Below are positions 1-12,158 of a DNA stretch of 64,000 bases, in pieces; positions within the stretch are counted from its first letter, which is position 1; each line of letters opens with the position of its first letter. Below the pieces are notes generated by a model, which was given only the letters and a program-made list of their open reading frames with translations, searched no databases and had not been told where the DNA came from. This stretch comes from Vicugna vicugna. Lineage: Eukaryota. The stretch is from NCBI GenBank assembly GCA_013265495.1, contig MU058387.1:930001-994000 (forward strand), given 5' to 3'. The translations under genes were made by a program, and so were the position numbers.

Positions 1-363
1 CAATAACAAAATACCATGGGCGGCGTGCCCTCCATAACAGACATTTATTTTCTCAAATTTCTGAAGACTGGAGGTCCAAGTTCAAGGCACCAGTAGGTTA
101 GGTATCTTGTGAGGATTCTTCCCTGGGGGTGCAGATGGCTGCCTTCTCATTATGTCCTCACCCAGCCTTTCCTTGGTGCAGAGAGAGAGGGGGGTCTCTC
201 TTCCTCTTATTATAAGGTAGCCAGCGCTATCATACTAGGATCCTACCCTCATGACATCATTTACCCTGAATTACCTCCTAAAAGCCCTGTCTCCAAATAC
301 AGTCACCTTGAAGGTCAGGGCTTCAACATATGAATTTGACGAGAAACACAATTCAGTCTATAG
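1..363 (-). mobile_element. MaLR LTR, MLT1A/B-like (truncated by window edge)
   Basis: Consensus-like antisense MLT1 motifs: ATAACAAAATACCA...ACATTTATTTTCTCA...GGAGGTCCAAGTTCAAGG...GGGCTTCAACATATGAATTT...CAATTCAGTCTATAGC. Confidence 0.8.
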
Positions 364-439
364 CCCTATCTCAAGATTCAGAACCTTTTGTTACAGGGGA
401 AGTTGAAAACAGTGGCTACTACCAGGATAATTCCATTTT

Positions 440-608
440 CTCTTCTTACAAGGGCACCGACCCTATCAGATCAGGGACTCACCCTTATGAGCTCATTTAA
501 CCTAACTGCTTCCTTTGAAACCTTATCTACAAATATATCCACACTGGGAGGTTACGGCTTCAACCTGTGTGTTGGGGGCAGAGGGCACAAATATTCAGGC
601 CATATAAC
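440..608 (-). mobile_element. Second MLT1A/B-like LTR fragment (LTR 5' part)
   Basis: Homologous to about 197-363 (TCTTCTTACAAGGGCACC...CACCCTTATGAGCTCATTTAACC...GGCTTCAAC...ATTCAGGCCATA) but clearly diverged from it. Confidence 0.7.
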
Positions 609-639
609 CTCCCCACCTTGAATATTCTCCTACCACAGT

Positions 640-1700
640 CTTCCATAGCCCAGTAAATGAAGGCATCCTCATTAACTCCAATCCACCAGTCACGTTATTG
701 GCTGTATCCTCAAAAATCTGCTCTGAATTTGATCACGTTTTACTTTTTCCACACTTTCCTCTCTATGTAGGCCTGTTGCAAGAGACTCCTAACAGGTCTT
801 TCTGCTTCCACTCATGTTTGTCTACAATCTCTTCTCCACAAACATAAGCCAGATCACTTTCCTCCTGCCCAAAGCCTTTCCATACCTTTCATGTCACTTA
901 GAATGAAAGCCAGTGTCTTTGCCCTGGCTGTGAGGCCTTGCATGATGTATGAGGCTACCACCTGCCACCTCGTTCCTCTTCCTGTTACCGGGTTGCTGTG
1001 CTTCACGGACAGCAGCCTTCCCGTGAGTGCTCGTGCTCCTGCGCCTGCACCACTGCACCTGCTCTTCTCTCAGTCTGGGATGGTCTTCCCTAGCTCTGTG
1101 TGTGGTTGGAAGCCTTCATTCAAGGCCCGTGTGAAAAGCACCCAATGTTGCTTCCACGTCTCGTCCTCCATGTTCATCTTGTAATCCTTTGTAGCTGGGT
1201 ATCACTTTGGAGGATCAGCTCTGACTACTCAGATTGCTAAATCTAACAGAGATGTGCCGTCTGTGTGTAGCTAATGCTTGCCGCAGCACTTGGTTCTTGG
1301 ACACTCACTTTCTTGAACTAGTCCTCTTTGCCCTGCATTAACACTGCTTTCTAAATTATATATTTATCCAGGCATCTTCTAGGCATTGTCTGTGCAGCCT
1401 GAGTGTCACTCTTGAAAATCCAGACAGTCTACTGAGGGCAAAGGTAATGAATAAACAGGTGAGGGTACAGCAGGTCACCTCTAGAGGAGAGCCCTTTTCT
1501 GATCATTCTGTCTAAACAATAGTCCTTCTTTTACTTTCTACCCCTTGGCTCTGTATTTATCACCGCCTTACATACGTTAGAATGTAAGCTCCCTGAGGGC
1601 AAGAGGTCAAGAATGTTTTTTAGCTGATCCTTGCTATGACTCTGGTTTTCAAAACAATTACTTAGCATTTTATCATAGTGGCTCAATCAATACTTTATGA
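640..1700 (+). mobile_element. L2 LINE fragments including 3' end
   Basis: L2-like motifs CTCCTAACAGGTCTTTCTGCTTCCACTC, CACTTAGAATGAAAGCC, TAGAATGTAAGCTCCCTGAGGGCAAG and GTGGCTCAATCAATAC. Boundaries approximate. Confidence 0.6.
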
Positions 1701-2944
1701 GTTACGAAACCATTGCATTATTAAGCCAACAAGAATATCACTATTTAATGCCTTACATCTTGGTGTAATTTCGAGTAATTGTTTTTTTTTCTTATTTTTG
1801 ACGTGGACAATTCAAGTATTCACAAGTTTTTAGAAAGTGTGCACAGCATCCACAAGGTCCCAAGGGGATGTGAGCGCAACTTACACCACTGCAATCAAAT
1901 TGGAAAGCGAATAGAGAGGTATGAGATCACACCACTGCTCGTCCCCAGGGAGAGGTTTATAGTGCAAAAGGTAGAGATGAAAGCGATAAACTATTTTTTC
2001 TTGATTTGAATGAAAGTCTCTTTGTGCCTGAACAGCCACTGCCTCTGCCTGCAGTTCTGTGAGGCAGAAGTCAAGGCAAGTTCATGTTCGGCTGATTGCC
2101 TTTTTTTTACGATTTCTAGAAATAATTGCAATATCTCTGGTTGTGCCATCATTTTTGCCATTCCTCAAGTACATTTTGGTCAGTTGCTGGAAATAAAACT
2201 GATTCCTCAAGCTTCAAAATTTACTGGCAAACTCTCAGTGGAGCTGAGGAATTTACGAAGTTCTAGAAAAGTACCACCGTGTACAAATAGTGTCTTAGAA
2301 AATGCAAGTACGAAAATGAATGCATTTTTGTTGTTTTGATCTTTAGAAACAGATCATGCTTACTGAATTGCAGGGTGTAAATATTCCCTTTTGAATCCAT
2401 AATGAAGTCCTGGTTTCAGAGGACAAGACACACGTACACACAGAGGCACACATGTTTAGAAATGAAGCATTTTGAGGATCAGGCATGGAAAACTGCGTCT
2501 TGCTGATTAGAATAGAATGGTAGACTCAAATTTCTACGTGATGCCATAGCCTCCTGCTGTGTTCTTTCACTTGGTAGAGGGAACTAAAGCTCGCTGTCTT
2601 TGCATTGATGGTGCTGGCGACCTCACTAATTGAAGGCACGTCAAGTCCTTGGTGGGCTATTTCTCCCAGCCCACCTCCCACACTTGGCATGAAATCCTCC
2701 CCAGTGAGGAGCCTCCCTCGATGCTATGTTTGAGAGGTTCTCTATCTCACTCTCTAACATCATTACCATCCGAAGACTCCTCCTAAGTGTGTGGCCATTT
2801 AGCTGTATGATTTGTGGCAAGGACTTCAAAGAAAAAAAAAACACTTTTAAATAACAAAGTTTGTGTTTTCACTATTATCACTGCTGTCTACAGGAGGACG
2901 GCTGGCGACCGTCATGGGAGGGGCAAATCCCTGACCTGACAAGA

Positions 2945-3470
2945 TGTGATGGGCAGTATTTTGAGATGACCCCCACGATTCCTATCTCTCTGATATACAC
3001 TATCTCTCCCCCTTGAGGGTGAGAGGAACCTGCAGTTTGCTTCTAGAATCAGCAAAAATGGAGAGGATTTTTAAAATGTGATTATGGTCCCTAATTGTTT
3101 GACTTTGAGTTAGTCAAAGGGAGATTATTCTGGGCGGCCCAGGCCTAACCAGACAGATCCTCCTCTGAAGTTAGAGACCCTCTCTGTTGCTGGCTTTCAA
3201 AAAACAAAGTGCCTTGAATTCTAAAGCTGAGAGAAAATGAATTCTGCTAACAAATTGAGGGAGCTTGGAAGCAGATCTTCTTCTAATCAAGCCTCCAGAG
3301 AAGAGCACAGCTCAGCTGACATCTTGATTTCAGCCCTGTGGGACCCTAAACATAGCCCCCAAGTGCGGAATGTCAGGCTCCTGGCCTACAGAACTTATGG
3401 AACAACAGACACGTTGTTTTAAGCTGCAAAGTTTGCAGTGATCTATTACACAGCATGGAAAACTGATACA
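2945..3470 (+). mobile_element. MaLR solo LTR, MLT1E/F-like
   Basis: TG...CA termini; internal GACTTTGAGTTAGTCAAAGGGAGATTATTCTGGG, GAATTCTGCTAACAA...GAGCTTGGAAGCAGAT, TTGTTTTAAGCTGCAAAGTTTGCAGTGAT...AACTGATACA. Confidence 0.8.
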
Positions 3471-3625
3471 AAAAGGTACAAGAAGTTAAAGATGGGTCCT
3501 GAGCAAAGACAAGAATTCAAGGCATTAGATGTGCTCTTTGATATTAAGGCAAAAGAAAATAAAGAATAATGATGAAATTCCAGATTTAGAGTTTGTGATA
3601 AATCAAAGCTCTAGATGGTATTTTA

Positions 3626-3764
3626 TTTTGTTTCTTTATTACGGATTTTTTTTTGGGAGGAAATTAGGTTTGTTTATTTATTTTAGTGGAGATACTGAGG
3701 ATTGAACCCAGGACCTCGTGCATGCTAAGCATGCATTGTACCACTGAGCTATACCCTCCCTCTG
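3626..3764 (-). mobile_element. tRNA-Ala(AGC)-derived SINE (camelid Vic-1-type)
   Basis: Minus strand reads GGGAGGGTATAGCTCAGTGGTACAATGCATGCTTAGCATGCACGAGGTCCTGGGTTCAATCCTCAGTATCTCC (A and B boxes) followed by an A-rich tail. TSD AGATGGTATTTTA at 3613-3625 and 3765-3777. Confidence 0.92.
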
Positions 3765-6409
3765 AGATGGTATTTTAGATGTGTCTAATTATTTGCCTCA
3801 TAATATCATTTATATAAATCTCACATTCTCATCCTCTAAACCTAAGTAATTTTTTTCCTTTGTATACTCACTAGACTGTGCAATTCATTTCTTTCTCAAG
3901 TATAAAATGCACCACCACCATCTGGATAGAAACTGAAAAAAAAACAAATCAATGATTTGGAGAGCTTCAAATATACAGATGTTTAGTGATGAATAAACTA
4001 CCATTCTGGATCGTTGGCTAATTTGAATTTCCTTTCATTCAGATGTTTTGGGACCATGCAGATACACCACCTGAAGCTGTAGATAATGATAAAACATCAG
4101 ATTTATTTGTTAGTGATAACAATATATAATATGATAACATGAGCTGGAATCTTTCTAAGCCTGGGCCTATGTGTTTCTTTGATAAAATGTTTCTATTTCT
4201 CCAGTATAGCAGAGTTTAATATACACTTGAAGGGAATTATAGTAATACTGACAGCTTTTCAGATGATTAAACTTACATTTGTATTTCCCTCTCCATAAAT
4301 TGAGCTTCTTATTTCTTTCTCTCTTGTTCACTGTCCCCCAGTTTCATTCTTAAATGCCTAGTCTTGTTGGCAATGATTTATCATAGTGGAAGCATATCAC
4401 CCTTTAAAACAGGAAAGAACTAGGGATTCAATTTGGCAGAATAGAGAAATTCTTGTTGGTCTAGCTTGGAAAATTCTGATCCTGCAAGGTAGATAGTGGC
4501 ATCCTGGCTTTGATATTCAGAACTAAAGCTAAGTGTTTACATATGTAACTGTGAGGAGTTTTTGGTAATCACGTTACTGGTCACTGAGAATAAGTCACAG
4601 ATAGTAACACAAAATGTGTGCCTTCAAGTCTTTTCAATGAGGTGGGTAAGAAATTGCTGTTTCATAAATGATAGTAATTTAAGTGAATGTGATGAGAATC
4701 TCCCTTGAAGATGCACAGAGCCTGGTAATTCAGAGAAAAGAAAGATGGGAAAGAAGGGGTTCTATTTGAGGGGGACAGAGTATGAATTCTCAACCAATTT
4801 TAAAGTTGAATTTATTGTAAATATTTGATATCTGTATTTCTCTGGCATACAGAAATTTTTTTTATTGTGTTGAGCACTGGGGGTTGAATATATGTTTTAA
4901 AACTGAAAATTCTTAAGCACTCAAATTGATGTTTAGTTTGCATGTTTATACTTTGATCTGGTGAGTGGATAAGGGAAGGGGTCAGCTGCACTGTTGAAAA
5001 TTGCATTTCGGGGACAATGTCTTTTAGATAACCAAGCTAGGTATGTTCTGGGTTGCTTCCAAGAATCCGATGGTGGCAGGAGGCATGAGGTTGACTGAGC
5101 GAGATGGAACAGGAATATTTTACCTAGAAAATTTCCTGGATTATGTGTTTTTATGTTAATCTCTAAATGTATGGCCCTTTCAGGCATTTCTCATGCAAAT
5201 AAATACCACTGTCTCACTATCAAGAGTGGCACTTTTTCATACAATGAATACTTGAGTTTTAAAGTGCTTCCATATATGTTATTTCAAGGAGACATAATCT
5301 CCTTTAGGAGGAGAGACACATTTTTGTTTTTGTTTCTGCTGAAGGTCATCTTGGGCGATTGAAAAGAAAAGCATTCCTATGCATCCAGATTCATTTATTT
5401 TTTGGCTTGAATTCTGTAGCAGAGGAAAGCACCAATTCCCCACTGTTTCCTCTTCTTCGCAGGTCCGGCTGCCTGCGGGTGGTCTGTGCAGTTGTGGGAG
5501 CAAAGCTTGTCCCAGGAAGCTCGCCCGTGGTCTTTCAACTTGGGGTTCCTCAGCTGGAATTTCTGAGATTTGGTTCAGACTCTAGGGAGAGACTCTACTT
5601 TGGAAAACTCCTCTCTTTAATTAATGATTGTGTCTTTTGGTTGCCTTCTCCCTTGTTCGAAGCCGTGATTACATTTACATATGTTATTGGTTTCTCTGCG
5701 ACATTGCCTGAAGTTAGCCTTCTTATTATGAAAATGGAACTAGATTTCCTATTTTTTTGTTCCAAGTCAAAGTGCAATGACTTTTGCCTGAATGAGCAGC
5801 TGGTTTGGCATCTTACAGATTGTTAAACATGGAAAGGAGACGGTAGTCATTGCAACTTAAAACTTTAAAAAAAAAGAATGCAAATTTTCAAATCAAATAT
5901 ACAACTTGAGAAAATATGAAGTTGAGTTCATGTTAAATTAGTAATATGAGAACTTTAAATTTTATGCTTTTCTATCTAGGCTAAATATTTGACACCAACT
6001 TTGTTTCAGAAAGTCAAGTGATATGGTCTAGTCTTTGTGTTTTACAAGAAGAAAAATGGAACTTCTCTCTCCAGTACTATTTTATTGAACAATTGCTTGA
6101 GATAGTTGTGTTTCAGGAATGGTGCTATGTCCGAGGCATTCGGAGGTAAATATGATGCACCTGGTACTCAGAGGCTAGTGAAGGCAAACAGACAGTACCC
6201 TCTGATAGGAATGAAATGAAGGAAGTACAATGACCTTGTAAGACACATGGGTTTCATCTTTTTGCACCAACGTGAAAATGAGGAAGAAGAACGGCTCACT
6301 TAGCAGCAGGTAATCATGTTCAGCCGACTCATGGTGCTCGGTGGCCATTCGGTGTTTGGCTGACCATGTAGAAGTTAAAGATGAGAGAGCAGGAAATTGC
6401 AGAGAATGG

Positions 6410-6615
6410 GCTTCAGAATCCGATGAGCTGAGTGCGAATCCCAGCCCAGCCCTCGCTTCCTAACTCTGTGACCTCTGGCAAATGAAGAGGCCCCCAGTGC
6501 CACATGACTCCTTTGCAACAGCAGGATAATTATCCTACCTCCCTCATCGGATGGTGACGATCGAAGAGGTGGTACATGTAAGTCTGTTAGAACCCTGCCT
6601 GAAGTATTAACAATG
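6410..6615 (+). mobile_element. MIR SINE
   Basis: CTGAGTGCGAATCCCAGC...CTAACTCTGTGACCTCTGGCAA...GGATAATTATCCTACCTCCC...TACATGTAAG. Confidence 0.65.
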
Positions 6616-6732
6616 CTATGGGTTTAGAACTGCACATTTCATGTAAACATTACAAGTAGGAATTTTTTAAAAAGTGAGTTACTGGCTCATGAGAAAATTA
6701 GATTCTTTTAATAAAGATAAGAGAATGCATTT

Positions 6733-7474
6733 TTTTAACTTTTTTATTGATTTTTAATCATTTTACAATGTTGTGTCAAATTCCAGTGTTCAGCACAATG
6801 TTTCAGTCATTCATGGACATATACACACTCATTGTCACATTTTTTCTCTGTGAGTATCATAACATTTTGTGTATATTTCCCTGTGCTATACAGTATAATC
6901 TTGTTTATCTATTCTACAATTTTGAAATCCCAGTCTATCCCTTCCCACCCTCCACCCCCTTGGCAACCACAAGTCTGTATTCTCTATGAGTCTATTTCTG
7001 TCCTGTATTTACACTTTGTTTTTGCTTGTTTGTTTGTTTGTTTGTTTATTTTTGTTTTTGCTTTTTAGATTCCACATATGAGCGATCTCATATGGTATTT
7101 TCCTTTCTCTTTCTGGCTTACTTCACTTAGAATGCCATTCTCCAGGAGCATCCATGTTGCTGCAAATGGCATTATGTTGTCGGTTTTTATGGCTGAGTAG
7201 TATTCCATTGTATAAATATACCACATCTTCTTTATCCAGTCACCTGTTGATGGACATTTAGGTTGTTTCCACGTTTTGGCTATTGTAAATAGTGCTGCTA
7301 TGAACATTGGAGTGCAAGTGTCATCCTGAAGTAGGGTTCCTTCTGGATACAAGCCCAGGAGTGGGATTCCTGGGTCATACGGTAAATCTATTCCTAGTCT
7401 TTTGAGGCATCTCCACACTGTTTTCCATAGTGGCTGCACCAAACTGCATTCCCACCAGCAGTGTTAGGAGGGTT
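6733..7474 (-). mobile_element. Young 5'-truncated L1 (ORF2 C-terminus + 3' UTR)
   Basis: ORF 7065-7442(-) [10 protein letters not shown]...[13 protein letters not shown]...CTPMFIAALFTIAKTWKQPKCPS...WYIYTMEYYSAIK...LSEVSQ is the L1 ORF2p C-terminal domain. T-rich tail on the left; perfect 17-bp TSD GATAAGAGAATGCATTT at 6716-6732 and 7475-7491. Confidence 0.97.
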
Positions 7475-7654
7475 GATAAGAGAATGCATTTGAAATCAAA
7501 ATTAGACAAAGAAAAGTATCCAGCCTTCGGTGACACTGCACTAACCAATAAGATAACTAGTAGGTTATCAGTGATGAGGAAGTTCAACACACTCTGGTGA
7601 AGACTTAATATCAACTTTAAACTTATAAGAGCATTTTCTACACTTGAAATCATG

Positions 7655-7855
7655 GCATTTGATAGGCTCTTTAAGTAATCTCATTTAATGTGCACAAGAA
7701 TCTTGTGAGATTGAAACGGTTACCCCCATTTTACAGGTGAGTAAACTAAGGATCATATAGCTAAAGGGAATTGCTCATGGTTTTACAGCTAGTAATATGT
7801 AGCTTCTGGATTTGAACCCGTGACTTTTGACTCTGAAACCCCAGCAGTGAACCAT
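7655..7855 (-). mobile_element. MIR SINE
   Basis: ATCTCATTTAAT...CCCCATTTTACAGGTGAGTAAACTAAGG...CAGCTAGTAA...GGATTTGAACCCG. Confidence 0.75.
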
Positions 7856-8064
7856 TCCTTATCTCCCGTGGAGATGCTGAGCCTGGGCTGTGCTTATACA
7901 GTATGAATCTGGACAAGTCAAAAAGGAAGGGGCAGCTATCTCATGTTGGGAATTAGCTGGAACAAAGGCACGTGGATGAGTGAGCGAGCTGTGGCTGGGG
8001 GACAGCTTGATGGACATTGCTGGGTTGAACATGGGATTTGGACGTTTGTGGATGAAATCTGAGG

Positions 8065-8560
8065 CTTATCCTAAGAAACTCAAAGTGACTCAAACTAATA
8101 TGTTCCTTTCCATATAACAAGACATTTAGGGGTAAGTGGTTACTAGGTTACTAGGGATAGCTTAATGATGCCACCAGGGCTTCCATATTTCATTTTTATT
8201 GTTTCTCTTCTACATTTGTAATGGAGTGAATTTTTTCCATATACTTGTCATTTTTATGGTTATATGTCAGTTGAAAGCAGAAAAATGGAAGAAACTTACG
8301 AAAGAAGTCTTAAAAATCAGGTGCGCCAGCCACATCTGTCTGCATTCTTCAGGAAATCCATAGGGGTCCCAGAATTTCCACTTCCTCAACCCCCAGCCAA
8401 GTAGACTCTTGCCTAGGTCTCATGGCCTGAACTAACTCACATCATCACCCTAAACTATGCGGGGTCTGATCAGCTTTCAGCATAATTGTTAGCTTTGGGG
8501 ATGCGTTATGTTGGAGTAGCACAATGACCCTCCCCCCAAATCTTGGTGGCTTTAAGGACA
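8065..8560 (-). mobile_element. Old MaLR LTR (MLT1J/K-like), degraded
   Basis: CATATAACAAGACATTTAGGGGTAAGTGG...GGTCTCATGGCCTGAACTAACTCACAT..CACCCTAAAC. Boundaries approximate. Confidence 0.45.
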
Positions 8561-10419
8561 AGGGAAAAGAGAGCATGGAGGAGCTATATGGTTTCTCACA
8601 GCTTTGCTTTGGAAGTGATGCTTTCTACGTTAGGCACATGCACGTTACCCTTCACAGAATGCCCTTCATCTTTCCACCTTTTCCCTCAATGTCCCACTTT
8701 CCATCTTCTATATTTAGCTAATCCCTGCTCTTCCCTCAATTCCTGCAGAAAACATTTCCCGAGTCATCTGTACACCATAGAAGTCTCTCTGACGGTTCAC
8801 ACCTCGTATAGAAGACTCATCATACTATGTCGCTATCATTTCTTTTCTTTTTTATCTCTCTAAGTGAACTCTGAGTTTTTTGTGGCTTGGATCTTTGAAT
8901 CTTTGTATTTATAAGGTCCAGGTCGGGGCTGAATGATCTGCACCACTGTTCCCTAGAGCAATGTGCTAGACCGAAATGGCAAAGGAACAGACAAAGCACT
9001 GTTCTTTCATCAGTTTCTGGAGTTTGAAATGTCTTATAAATCTCTGTGATTCTACAGAGAAAATATTTTCTACATGGGTCTTGAACAGAAAGGCTATATT
9101 AAAATTTGTTTTGTGAAATTCTCTGCTCCTGGTAACTTGCAGCTATAATCCCTGCAGATTTCTTGTAGTTGTCAGGTTTTTCTTACATGTTGGCAACAAC
9201 ATCTAAGAAGATTGTTTGAACAATTGCTCTTTTGATACGAAGCCTATCTAGAAAGGACTTGGGAGGACGTATGATCTCTGGTTCCCTGTCACACACAGGT
9301 TTATGACGTATCACCGAGTATATAGCAGGAGAAAACATGTAACAAATAGGCCCCGGTGTTACCTGGAAAGATAACAAGTCCACTGTTAGTCTAAAGGGTA
9401 AATGAACAAAATTGCTCAGTGGTGCTTTCCAGAGCACAGCACGCTATGGCCAGAGAATACAGGATATGAAATCAAACAGGCCTGGGCCTGAGTTTTCCCT
9501 CTGCTAACAATTATGTTTGTGTTTTGATCAATGTTCTTAACTTCTTTGAGATGCAGTTTCTTCATTGTAAAATGGTAGAATTAACATAGACTTTATAAGA
9601 TTCTATGTGATATGGGTGACATATTATGGGTTATATCAGACCTTATTTTTCCCGTGTCTCCCTGTGACTTGCAGAATCTCTTAGTCTTTCTGAAATCTGA
9701 GTGTTCCTTCCTGCCATGCCTTTTGTATATTCTGGGATGTTCCATCATGTAACTCCCTCTGTGTTTCCAATCTCTCCTCTTCCAGCAACTCCTATTGCTC
9801 CCAATTAAGCTAAGCTGTGTGGTGTTATGTAATAATCAAAAATTAAATATAAGCTCCAATTTTTGAGTTTATACTATTCACCAGAAATATTGCTAAGAAT
9901 TTTCTCATTCAATTTTTATAGTAGCTCTTTAAAAATTATATTGTAGATTAAGAAGCAAGACTCCAACTATCGATAACTTCATTTAACTAACACATAAAAT
10001 TAAGTTTCTAATATGTACCCAGAATGAGGGTTAACTGACGTGGGCTCCACTTTACCGTGAAAACCAGGATTCAAATCCCAGTCTATCAAAATTCAAACTC
10101 ACGGTCTAACCAATCTGTTCCATGCCCTAAACGCTCAGGTTCGTCTTCACTAAACAATCTAAATTGATTATAACAAAATGTTGACAGTATAAGTGCATTC
10201 TTAAGTGTCCGTTTTCCAAATAGAGAACTTGTCCAAAACTTCAATTTTACCTCATCTGATATCTGTATTTTAGAGAGAAGGAAATTAAAGAAAAGAGCAA
10301 AAACTTAGGAAATGGCAGAAATAGGATTTGAATCAGAGTTTCTCACCTTTTCCTGCAGGTTCCCATTTTTAATGCACTACCTCTCTCAACACAGACAGTG
10401 TGTTTTACATTACAGGCAG

Positions 10420-10760
10420 GGTGTGCTGTGTATGTCAGGCTAACAGGTGCGATATCGCAGGAGCCTCATTCCACTGTAACTTCTCACTCACTTTGCAGGT
10501 ACAGCTGGTTTGGCGATTAGGCTCCACTCAGTGTAGGGCTCAGGATGACTAATTAGCTTGTGTCTCCAGGATCATCGCAGAGGGGTAGGTAACATGGCAA
10601 ATTACACAATCGCTCTAAAAAATGTTCTCATAGAAATAATATGTATGACTTCCACTCACATTTCATTGGCCGAAACAAGACACATGGCTCCAGCTAACGA
10701 AGGGGATACAGCATTCAATCCCATTGTGTGTTGAAGAGCGCAGAACATTTGTGAAGTGTT
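10420..10760 (-). mobile_element. Old MaLR LTR (MLT1J-like)
   Basis: Diagnostic ACTTCCACTCACATTTCATTGGCCGAAACAAGACACATGGC and AACATGGCAAATTACACA. Confidence 0.6.
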
Positions 10761-11858
10761 CTGAAGCATCTTTTTTTAAACATATGTCTCAACAAAAGAT
10801 TTTAACAGTATTTTTAGTTCCACATCAAGCTGGAAAACCTTTCCAAGGGCCAGTGATTGTCCAGCAAGACTTTTTTCTTTTCACTTGTCCATAAAGGCAA
10901 AGGAGTTCAACGTTGTATTTATCTATTATCAGGGAATATTTTCTGGGAAGTTTCATAAGATAGCTTTGGTAAAATGTCATTTAACACTTCAAATGCTCTC
11001 TTCAGGGTCTCCAGTTCCTTCCTCTTCTCTCTGAAATGAGCATTAAAAACAAGTCCATGAGAGTGAAGCCTAGACTAGTCTAGACAAGAGGCACTTGTTG
11101 CCACAAGGTAACTCAGCACATCCTGACTAAGACAAAAGATTCCCTCTGTGTTGAGAGATTAAAAATGAGAAGAAACTGTGTTAGGAGGTGACAAACCCTG
11201 ATTCCAATGCTGCCTCCGCTCTACCCTGGGTTTATGCTCTTATTTACTTATTTGTTAATGAAGAGGAAGCTGTAGAGGCAAGTATTGTGTTAGTCTTGCA
11301 TGCTTTCTGAGTAAATTCTTGCTAGAACAACCTTCTCTGCATGGCTTTGAGAGTCAGAAAAACGTGGATTTAGACAACAACTTTACCATATTCTCAACTC
11401 TATGACCTGATCAACTTCCTGAACTTCCCTATAATTAATTTCCAGCTCTGATGAATGAAAGAAAACTCTCATGTGCAATAAGGGGAAACTGACAAGAAGA
11501 TGCTGGTAAAGAAGGGGACCATTCTAACTTATTAGGTCTCCGCAGTTTTCAGCCATTGTGTCACCTGAACTACATGGCCCAGGGCCAGCCTCGAAATGAG
11601 TGCTTAACTGAGTGAGAATGCTTAGAAGTCAGGAAACCCAAGTTCTGAAAGGGATCCACAGAAGCTAACCCTGGCTTGAATAATCCACCGCCAGTCTTGG
11701 AGACGGCACTGGCATTGATGTTTGTGGGAATACATCTCGGTACCTGCCTTTACGTCTCCTCTTGGCAGTGTTCACTTTCATTCCTGCTGTTTTAAGTATT
11801 GATGACTGTGGCCTCTTGTCTACTTCACGTTTCTGCTGGTCAGGATAGGTTTGGCCTG

Positions 11859-12158
11859 TGCTGTGGATTCACAGTTTGTTTCTTCCCAACTCATAAATTG
11901 AAATCTAATTCCCAATGTGCTGGCATTTGGAGGTGGGGCCCCTGAGAGGTAATTTGATCATGTGGGTGGAACCATCATAAGTGGAATTAATGCCCTTATA
12001 AGAAGGGCCATGAAAGAGTTTGCTCTCTCTCTCTTTCCCCACCCAGTGAGGATATAATGAAAAGGAATCCATCCACACACCAGGAAACATGCTCTCATCA
12101 GATGCAAACCTTCTATTGTCTTGACCTTGGACTTCCCAGCCTCCAGCACCATGCAAAG
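11859..12158 (+). mobile_element. MaLR LTR, MLT1A-like (3' end missing)
   Basis: TGCTGTGGATT...TTGAAATCTAATTCCCAATGTG...TTTGGAGGTGGGGCC...GGAATTAATGCCCTTATAAGAAG...CTTGACCTTGGACTTCCCAGCCTCCAGCACCATG. Confidence 0.85.

Noticed and set aside
3680..3760. tRNA-Ala(AGC) gene (also 21020-21090)
   Set aside because: Both have the SINE tail and TSDs and carry stem-disrupting substitutions; they are SINE heads, not tRNA genes.
5359..5826. 155-aa ORF (and the 157-aa ORF at 32815-33288, 129-aa ORF at 13044-13433)
   Set aside because: No recognisable domain, composition typical of translated non-coding DNA, and lengths plausible by chance in 64 kb.
7065..7442. 125-aa ORF as a host gene
   Set aside because: It is the C-terminal fragment of L1 ORF2p in a TSD-flanked truncated insertion.
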